Source: Methanomicrobiales archaeon
Lineage (GTDB): Archaea; Halobacteriota; Methanomicrobia; Methanomicrobiales; Methanospirillaceae
Direction: 5' to 3'
DNA length: 11,910 nt
Assembly (NCBI GenBank): GCA_037137755.1
Contig: JBAXJR010000058.1
Coordinates: 1 to 11,910 of the forward strand
The notes below the pieces were generated by a model. The model was not told the origin of the DNA. It ran no database searches and worked only from the letters and a program-made list of their open reading frames with translations. Position numbers and translations under genes: made by a program. Shown piece after piece: positions 1 through 7,081 of this stretch. How positions within the stretch are numbered: the first letter of the stretch is position 1; each line of letters begins with the position of its first letter.

Positions 1-1938
1 GATGATACCGTACTCTTTTATGAAGGCTCAGTCATCGACATTACCGAGCGCAAGCAGGCCGAAGAAGCATTGCGGGAGAGCGAGGAGAAATACCGCAACC
101 TCTCAATCCTGATGCGCCTGATGTGCGACAATGTGCCGGATATGATCTGGGCAAAAGATCTTGAAAAGCGCTACATCTATGTGAACAGGGCCATCTGCAG
201 TGGTCTGCTCAACGCCATTGATACCGATGAACCGGTTGGAAAGCTGGATATGTTCTTTGCAGAGAGGGAGCGGACATGTCATGCGGATGATCCGGACTGG
301 CATACCTTTGGCGAGATTTGCCGGGACACCGACCAGATCACTATGGATGCCGGCACCCCACAGCAGTTCGATGAGTACGGGAATGTGCAGGGAAAATTCC
401 TCTTTTTAGATGTACGCAAAGCCCCGTTCATTGACGAACAGGGAACAATGATCGGAACGGTAGGCTCAGCCCGGGACATCACTGAGCGGAAGCGGGCGGA
501 GGAGGCGCTACGGGAGAGCGAGGAACTATTACGAGATATCATTGAGAAAAATCCACTGTCAATCCAGATTGTGGACAGGGAGGGGTTCACGCTCAAGGTA
601 AACCCGGCATTCATTCGGCTTTTCGGTTCTGTTCCACCGCCGGATTTCTCGATTATTACGGATATTGTAAAGAGTCACCCTGAACTAGAGAACCACATCT
701 CACGGGTAAAAAACGGGGAACCGGTTAATCTGCCCGATATGAGCTTCAACCCGCACGATATCTATCCGGAACTGCCGGATGTCCCAACCAGGGTGCGGGC
801 AATCATTTTTCCCTTGAATGACAGGCATGGAAAACCACAACGTTTTATTTTCATGCATGACGACATCACCGAACAGCGGCGGGCTGAAGATGCACTGCGG
901 GAGAGCGAGAAGCTTTTGAGCGAGGTCTTTGACAATGCGAACGATGCGGTATTCCTGCTTGAAAGAACCCAAGAGGGTCCCGGTACATACCTTCTTGTGA
1001 ATGATAAAGCTGTCCGGATGCTGGGATATTCAAGAGATGAGCTCCTGGAGATGTCCCCCCGGGATATCGTACCAAGTGATATTGCGAAAAAAATCATGCC
1101 GGATGTCATAAAAAAACTGCTCAAAGACGGGCATGCTACCTTTGAGTCTGCACACCGGCGAAAAGACGGGTGTATCTACCCGATTGAGGTCAGCACCCAT
1201 ACATTCCGGTACAAAGGAAAGGATGTGGATCTCTCCCTTGTCCGCGATATCACCGAACGAAAGCGGGCGGAGGAAGCGATCCTCCAGGCAAACAAGAAAC
1301 TAAATCTTCTCTCGGGTATTACCCGGCATGACATCAACAACCAGCTCCTTGTGCTGAACGGATTCCTGAAATTATTACAAAATAAAGCAACAGACCCGGC
1401 ATATGAAGGCTTTTTCACCCGCATTACGAAGGCAAGTTCGCAGATTTCATCCATGATCCTGTTTACCAAGGAATACGAAGAGATCGGCGTGAAGGCTCCA
1501 ATATGGCAGGACTGCCGCAATCTCGTGGATAATGCGGCAAAGCAGACCCCGCTCGGACAGGTCATGGTGAAAAACGATCTCCCCACCGGTGCGGAAGTTT
1601 TGGCCGACACGCTGATAGTCAAGGTCTTTTATAACCTGATGGACAATGCGGTGAGGTATGGTGGGAAGATCAGGACAATTAGGTTCTCTGCTCTGGAATC
1701 CGGTGATGACCATGTCATCGTGTGCGAGGACGATGGCGAGGGTGTCGTTATTGAAGAGAAAGAGAAGATCTTCGAGCGGGGTTTCGGGAAGAACACCGGG
1801 CTCGGGTTGTTCCTTTCCCGCGAGATCCTCGATATTACCGGCATCACTATTCGTGAAACCAGTGAGCCGGGCAAGGGAGCACGGTTCGAGATAGTGGTGC
1901 CGAAGGGTATGTGGCGTATTGTGGGGAATGGAGAATGA
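1..1938 (+). CDS. Multi-PAS sensor histidine kinase (5'-partial; at least 3 complete PAS/PAC plus the tail of a fourth, HisKA, HATPase_c)
   Basis: Frame is open from base 1 (DDTVLFYEGSVIDITERKQAEEALRESEEKY), so the TTG at 70 is not the true start. Repeated DITERKRAEEALRESE PAS-PAC linkers, H-box ITRHDINNQL (~1318-1347), N-box NLMDNAVRYG, G1 EDDGEG, F/G2 IFERGFGKNTGLGL. Confidence 0.95.
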   Translation, partial: DDTVLFYEGSVIDITERKQAEEALRESEEKYRNLSILMRLMCDNVPDMIWAKDLEKRYIYVNRAICSGLLNAIDTDEPVGKLDMFFAERERTCHADDPDWHTFGEICRDTDQITMDAGTPQQFDEYGNVQGKFLFLDVRKAPFIDEQGTMIGTVGSARDITERKRAEEALRESEELLRDIIEKNPLSIQIVDREGFTLKVNPAFIRLFGSVPPPDFSIITDIVKSHPELENHISRVKNGEPVNLPDMSFNPHDIYPELPDVPTRVRAIIFPLNDRHGKPQRFIFMHDDITEQRRAEDALRESEKLLSEVFDNANDAVFLLERTQEGPGTYLLVNDKAVRMLGYSRDELLEMSPRDIVPSDIAKKIMPDVIKKLLKDGHATFESAHRRKDGCIYPIEVSTHTFRYKGKDVDLSLVRDITERKRAEEAILQANKKLNLLSGITRHDINNQLLVLNGFLKLLQNKATDPAYEGFFTRITKASSQISSMILFTKEYEEIGVKAPIWQDCRNLVDNAAKQTPLGQVMVKNDLPTGAEVLADTLIVKVFYNLMDNAVRYGGKIRTIRFSALESGDDHVIVCEDDGEGVVIEEKEKIFERGFGKNTGLGLFLSREILDITGITIRETSEPGKGARFEIVVPKGMWRIVGNGE

Positions 1939-4900
1939 TTTCCGAAATAATCCGGGTTCTCTACGTTGATGATGAGCTCTCTCTCCTTGACCTTGGCAAA
2001 ACATTCCTGGAGAGAGGAGGCGTTTTCTCCGTTGAGACCTGCTCTTCTGTAAATGATGCCCGGGAACGGCTCAGGAACCAGGATTATGATCTGATCCTCT
2101 CCGATTACCAGATGCCGGAAACTGACGGCCTCGAGTTCCTCAAGGAGCTCAGGGCATCGGATAACCGGACCCCGTTCATAATCTTCACGGGCCGGGGGAG
2201 GGAAGAGGTTGTGATCGAGGCGCTCAACAGCGGTGCAGACTTCTACCTGCAGAAGGGGGGCGATCCCAAATCCCAGTTCACCGAGCTGGCAAACAAGATC
2301 CGGTATGCAGTATCACGCCGGCAGGCAGAGGAGTCTCTTGCCATGAGCGAGGAGAAGTTCCGGGGCATCTTTGATACCGTCAATGACGCGATCCATATCC
2401 ATGCAATTGCCCCGGACGGAAAGCCAGGACAATTCATAGAGGTCAATGAAGTTGCATGCCGGATGCTGCAGTACACCCGGAAAGATCTGCTTGCACTCGG
2501 GCCCCTGGATATGGTAGCAGGCAGCCACAGCCGGCCCCTGGATACTATTCTCGGTGAATTATCAACTACCGGACACACGATCTTCGAGACAGAACACCGG
2601 AGAAAAGACGGGACAGTTGTTCCTGTCGAGATCAACACCCATGTTGTCACCCTCCAGGGAAAACGGGTGATGGTCTCTGTGGTCAGGGACATCAGCGGAC
2701 GGAGGAAGGCCGAAGCAGCATTGCAGGAAAGCGAGGGACGGTTCCGGACGCTTTCCAATGCGGCCATGGAAGGGATCATGATCCACGACCGGGGTGTCAT
2801 TAAGGACTGCAATTCCCGGTTTGCTTCCCTGTTTGGTTATACCCCTCAGGAGATCATCGATCGCAACGGGTTTGAATTCATGATGACGGCAGAATCCCGT
2901 GAAGCCATAACCCGGTGGAGACGGAGTGGTGGAGAAGGTACTATCGATATCACCGGAATCAGGAAAGACGGGACTACGTTCTTTGGCGAGACCGCTTCTG
3001 CCAAACTCCTCTGGATGGGAAAAGAGCACTCCATTGTCCAGATCCGGGATATCAGTGGCCGTAAGCGAGCTGAGGACGAGCTCCGTGCGGCGTATGAGCA
3101 GATCTCAGCAGCCGATGAGGAACTCCGGGACCAGTATGAGGAGCTGGCGAAAAATGAGCAGTTCATCCGCGAGAGCGAGGAAAAGTTCCGGACACTCCTG
3201 GATGCCTCAATCGATGGTATCATGCTGATCGATTTCTCGGGAAGTATCCTGGCATGGAACCCGGCTACAGAGAAGATCTTCGGGATCCCGGCAAACGAGG
3301 CCCTCGGGAGCAATATTGTTGATCTTCAGATCCGCCTGATTGTCCCGGAACACCGGAACCCGGCATATATCGAGGAGTTGCGATCCCGGTTTTCTGCCAC
3401 ATTCCCGGCACTGTTCTCGAGAACATCCCCCCTGTTTCTTGAAGTGGAGGTCATGAATGCGCGTGGACAGCGGATGATCGTCCAACAGGCACTCTACCCG
3501 ATCCAGACCTCTCGCGGTAAACGCATTGGGTGCATTTCGAGAGATGTTACCCAGCAGCGCTCCGCAGAAAAGAGCCTCAGGGAGAGTGAGAATAAATTCA
3601 GGACGCTGTTTGAGAATTCTGGCGATGCAATTATGTTCATCGACCGCGAGGTCGTTCTTGACTGCAACACGAGAACCGAAGTGATTTTTGGAAAAACCCG
3701 GGCACAGATTATCGGGATGTCCCCGGGCGGATTATCCCCGGATTTCCAGCCGGATGGACAATCTTCAGCAGAAACAGCGCTGGAAAAAATGACCGCCGCA
3801 TTCCTGGGAGAGCCTCAGTTCTTCGACTGGGTCCATGTCCGTACCGATGGTTCGCTCTTTGATGCGGAGGTGACCCTGAACCGGGTGGAGGTGGGGGGTA
3901 AATACTACCTCCAGGCGATTGTCCGGGACATAACCGATCGCAAGAAGATGGAGACGGCACTCCGCGAAAGTGAAGAACATTACCGCTCGGTCGTAAACAA
4001 CCAGAGCGACATGATCGCAAGGTTTACCCCGGATGGGATTATCCAGTTTGTCAACGAGTCATACCGTGCGTACTTCACATCCTCTCTCGATGTCAGTGAG
4101 ATCGTGGGGAAGAGCATCCGAAATCTCATGCAGATCAAGAACTATCCTGAGGTGGCGGCATTCCTTGGTTCGCTCACGCCGGAAAATCCCGTCCGCGAGG
4201 CTGAACGCCAGTTTACCGGCAGTGACGGGGAATCTTACTGGCAGACCTGGTCGGTCCGGGCCATCTTCGGTCCGGACCTGAAGGTGACCGAATACCAGGT
4301 TGTCGGCCGGGATATAACGGAACGGAAACGTGCGGAAGAAGCACTTGTTACTGAAAAACAGTTCTCGGATGCGGTCATGGACAGCATTCCGGGTACGTTC
4401 TTTGTTCTTGACGACCAGGGCAATTTTGTCAGGACCAACAAAAATCAGGAGAAACTCATAGGGTATACAGCAGAGGAGATGGTGGGAACAAGTGGGTTTG
4501 CCACCATTGCTGAAGTGGACCGGGATCGCTTAGTTGCCAGGATGCACGAAATCCTGGAGACGGGATATGGCACTGATACTGCACTGGTGATTACCCGTGA
4601 CGGTAGAACGTTCCCGATGCTGCTTACGGCCGTTTCTACCATGATCGGAGGGAAGCGGTATATCATTGGTACCGGTATCGACATTTCCGAGCTAAAAACT
4701 GCCGAGAAGGAACTCCAGGAGAGCGAGGAGCGGTTCCGGGCTCTTTCCGATGCTGCACTCGAAGGGATCATGATCCACAACAAGGGCGTCATCGTAGACT
4801 GCAACCCGCGGTTTGCTGAAATGTTTGGCTATACCCCCGGAGAGATTATTGGCCGTAACGGGTTCGAGTTCATGCTGACTCCGGAATCCCGCGATGCGAT

Positions 4901-6554
4901 ATTCCGCTGGGGAAAGAGCGGGTTTTTGGGTTCAATCGACATCACTGCCATCAGAAAAGACGGGACTCGGTTTTCCGGTGAGACCTCGGCAGCCATGATC
5001 GCCTGGAAGGGAAAATCTCACAATATCGTCCACATGCGGGATATCACCGACCGCAAACGGGTTGAGGAGATGCTTCGCCAGAACGAGAAACAGATCCGGG
5101 AGATCTTTGGTTGGGTAAATGATGGAATCCAGATCCATGATATTGAACCGGATGGGAAACCTGGGAAGTTTATCGAAGTAAACGAAGTTGCCTGCCGAAT
5201 GCTGCAATATACCCGCGAAGAACTGCTGGAGATAGGGCCCCTTGATATTTCCACCGAATATCACAGCAGACCACTTAATGATATCCTCATGGAATTATCC
5301 ACGTACGGCCACTCGATCTTCGAAACCGAACACAGGAGGAAAGACGGGATACTTGTTCCGGTTGAGGTCAATACCCACGTGGTAAGTCTGCTGGGAAAAA
5401 AGGTGATGGTTGGCGTGGTCCGGGATATTACCGGGCGTAAACAGGCTGAAGAAGCACTGCGGGAAAGCGAGGAGCGATATCGTTCGTTGTATGTTGACAA
5501 CAGGGATGCAATCATGATATTGTCGCCTGATAGTGGATTTCTGACGGGTAACCCTGCAACGATCCAGTTGTTCGGATGTCGGGACGAGCAGGACTTTAAG
5601 GTTCGTACACCAGTGTCGTTGTCTCCTGAGTACCAGCCGGACGGAATTCTATCCAGAGACAAGTCCCAGGAAATGATGAGCCTTGCCCTGGAGAAGGGCT
5701 CTCACTTCTTTGAGTGGACACATCGCAGGATTGACGGGAGAGATTTTCCGGCCACGGTCCTGTTATCGCGGCTTGAGAGCGGGAGCACTTGTCTTCTCCA
5801 GGCAACAATCCGGGATATTAGCGAGCGGAAAGAACTCGAAAATGAGATGAAGTACCATGAGCAGGAACTTATGCAATTTTCAATGTCACTCGCTACAGCA
5901 AATAAGAAATTAGCCCTCCTATCAGGGATCACACGGCATGATATTCTTAACCAGCTTACCGTGCTGATAGGGTATCTTGAACTATTGGAAATAAAACAAC
6001 CAGACCCTGCGTTCAGTTCATATTTTAACAAGATCACCACCGCTGCTGAACGGATACAAGCGATGATCAAGTTTACTAAAACATATGAGGGTATCGGTGT
6101 CAATGCTCCTATCTGGCAGAATTCCCGGACATTAGTGGACACAGCCGCAAAAGATGTGGCCTTAGGCGAAATCAGGCTGGTCAATGATCTCCCTTCTGAT
6201 ATGACGGTATTTGCGGACCAGTTGATTGTCAAAGTATTTTTCAACCTGATGGACAACGCTGTACGGCACGGCGAGAAGATTACGACCATCCGGTTCTCTG
6301 TTGAAGAATCTGGTGATGAACATATCATTCTCTACGAGGATGACGGTGTGGGTATCCCGGCTGATGAAAAAGAGAAGATCTTCGAGCGTGGGTTTGGAAA
6401 GAACACCGGTCTCGGGTTATTCCTGTCCCGCGAGATCCTTGCTATCACCGGCATTACAATCAAAGAGATTGGCGAGCCTGGGGAAGGGGCAAGGTTCGAG
6501 ATGACGGTGCCGAAAGGAATGTGGCGGATGAACCCGGGTTCTGATCAAAGATAG
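1935..6554 (+). CDS. Hybrid sensor kinase: N-terminal receiver, 9 PAS/PAC domains, HisKA, HATPase_c
   Basis: REC motifs VLYVDDE, LILSDYQMP (Asp codon 2103-2105), FTGRG, YLQKG; nine PAS modules each ending in D(I/V)(T/S); H-box ITRHDILNQL; NLMDNAVRHG, EDDGVG, FERGFGKNTGLGL. Start moved from 1911 to ATG 1935 because it forms an ATGA overlap with the upstream stop (1936-1938). Confidence 0.95.
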   Translation: MISEIIRVLYVDDELSLLDLGKTFLERGGVFSVETCSSVNDARERLRNQDYDLILSDYQMPETDGLEFLKELRASDNRTPFIIFTGRGREEVVIEALNSGADFYLQKGGDPKSQFTELANKIRYAVSRRQAEESLAMSEEKFRGIFDTVNDAIHIHAIAPDGKPGQFIEVNEVACRMLQYTRKDLLALGPLDMVAGSHSRPLDTILGELSTTGHTIFETEHRRKDGTVVPVEINTHVVTLQGKRVMVSVVRDISGRRKAEAALQESEGRFRTLSNAAMEGIMIHDRGVIKDCNSRFASLFGYTPQEIIDRNGFEFMMTAESREAITRWRRSGGEGTIDITGIRKDGTTFFGETASAKLLWMGKEHSIVQIRDISGRKRAEDELRAAYEQISAADEELRDQYEELAKNEQFIRESEEKFRTLLDASIDGIMLIDFSGSILAWNPATEKIFGIPANEALGSNIVDLQIRLIVPEHRNPAYIEELRSRFSATFPALFSRTSPLFLEVEVMNARGQRMIVQQALYPIQTSRGKRIGCISRDVTQQRSAEKSLRESENKFRTLFENSGDAIMFIDREVVLDCNTRTEVIFGKTRAQIIGMSPGGLSPDFQPDGQSSAETALEKMTAAFLGEPQFFDWVHVRTDGSLFDAEVTLNRVEVGGKYYLQAIVRDITDRKKMETALRESEEHYRSVVNNQSDMIARFTPDGIIQFVNESYRAYFTSSLDVSEIVGKSIRNLMQIKNYPEVAAFLGSLTPENPVREAERQFTGSDGESYWQTWSVRAIFGPDLKVTEYQVVGRDITERKRAEEALVTEKQFSDAVMDSIPGTFFVLDDQGNFVRTNKNQEKLIGYTAEEMVGTSGFATIAEVDRDRLVARMHEILETGYGTDTALVITRDGRTFPMLLTAVSTMIGGKRYIIGTGIDISELKTAEKELQESEERFRALSDAALEGIMIHNKGVIVDCNPRFAEMFGYTPGEIIGRNGFEFMLTPESRDAIFRWGKSGFLGSIDITAIRKDGTRFSGETSAAMIAWKGKSHNIVHMRDITDRKRVEEMLRQNEKQIREIFGWVNDGIQIHDIEPDGKPGKFIEVNEVACRMLQYTREELLEIGPLDISTEYHSRPLNDILMELSTYGHSIFETEHRRKDGILVPVEVNTHVVSLLGKKVMVGVVRDITGRKQAEEALRESEERYRSLYVDNRDAIMILSPDSGFLTGNPATIQLFGCRDEQDFKVRTPVSLSPEYQPDGILSRDKSQEMMSLALEKGSHFFEWTHRRIDGRDFPATVLLSRLESGSTCLLQATIRDISERKELENEMKYHEQELMQFSMSLATANKKLALLSGITRHDILNQLTVLIGYLELLEIKQPDPAFSSYFNKITTAAERIQAMIKFTKTYEGIGVNAPIWQNSRTLVDTAAKDVALGEIRLVNDLPSDMTVFADQLIVKVFFNLMDNAVRHGEKITTIRFSVEESGDEHIILYEDDGVGIPADEKEKIFERGFGKNTGLGLFLSREILAITGITIKEIGEPGEGARFEMTVPKGMWRMNPGSDQR

Positions 6555-6792
6555 GGTGGTGATGAACAAACCCGGTGACCGTATTCATTCTCCTCCGCTC
6601 GCTCGATAACCTGCTCCTCGCACGGATAGTGTCCCGGTGTTCCTGGTAATAGTCCCTGTTTTTTTTCTGTATCGCATCAGGATGGCAATCATAGTACCGT
6701 TTGTACCGTGCACGTCGTTTTTCCAGGGATGACTTATCCCGGGAAACCACCATCGCCACAGCAAGAGTAACGGTAGATCTCCCCACCCTCAT
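6460..6792 (-). CDS. Small basic hypothetical protein with R/K/Y-rich repeats (110 aa), 3' end uncertain
   Basis: ATG at 6792 overlaps the upstream stop (ATGA, 6792-6789) and follows SD-like GAGGGTGA. KRRARYKRYYDCHPDAIQKKNRDYYQEHRDTIRARSR is a basic helical repeat of a kind common in viral nucleic-acid-binding proteins. The last 95 nt overlap the convergent kinase. Confidence 0.6.
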   Translation of the reverse strand: MRVGRSTVTLAVAMVVSRDKSSLEKRRARYKRYYDCHPDAIQKKNRDYYQEHRDTIRARSRLSSERRRMNTVTGFVHHHPIFDQNPGSSATFLSAPSSRTLPLPQARQSL

Positions 6793-6953
6793 CCCTTCAC
6801 CCTCTTCTGGTTCCGTAACCATTCAGTACGGCAGGCAAAACTATGGAAGATATGCTTGTTTTTCATCCGGGCCCGGGCTTCTGCCGGCATCAGAGTAAAT
6901 CTTTTACCACAGTTATCACAGATCAGGGCGACACGGACTCTCTGTTGAGTCAT
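6789..6953 (-). CDS. 54-aa zinc-finger protein (CxxC...FHSxxC, TRASH/MYM-like)
   Basis: MTQQRVRVALICDNCGKRFTLMPAEARARMKNKHIFHSFACRTEWLRNQKRVKG. ATG at 6953 preceded by GGGGGTGG, with ATGA overlaps at both ends; shorter than the 87-aa ORF in the track. Confidence 0.75.
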   Translation of the reverse strand: MTQQRVRVALICDNCGKRFTLMPAEARARMKNKHIFHSFACRTEWLRNQKRVKG

Positions 6954-7081
6954 GGGACCACCCCCATACGACCGGTCCCGCCACACACCGGGCATGGCTC
7001 GGGAAGTTTCCGTTTCCGGAAGGACCGGCCGGTACCACGACAGACCACGCAATCAATTTCCCGGTGATACCGATCGGTCAC
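6950..7081 (-). CDS. 43-aa protein with two CxxCxGxG motifs (DnaJ-type zinc finger); not in the ORF track
   Basis: Manual translation from GTG 7081: MTDRYHREIDCVVCRGTGRSFRKRKLPEPCPVCGGTGRMGVVP*. GTGA overlap with the rep stop (7078-7080), ATGA overlap with the next gene, SD-like GGCGGTG upstream. Confidence 0.8.
   Translation of the reverse strand: MTDRYHREIDCVVCRGTGRSFRKRKLPEPCPVCGGTGRMGVVP

Noticed and set aside
70-72. ORF-track start for the first kinase
   Set aside because: It is a TTG inside a PAS linker; the frame is open to base 1.
1911-1934. Longer N-terminus (MAYCGEWR) for the second kinase
   Set aside because: It lies inside the upstream gene; ATG 1935 gives the ATGA overlap and starts right at the REC domain.
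3060-3180. ELRAAYEQISAADEELRDQYEEL repeat-like segment
   Set aside because: Ordinary coiled-coil signalling helix common in these kinases.
103-6328. Many antisense and alternate-frame ORFs of 65-208 aa over the kinases
   Set aside because: Shadow ORFs of strongly supported genes, with no recognisable motifs; their repeated SSARFRSV text is just the reverse of the linker.
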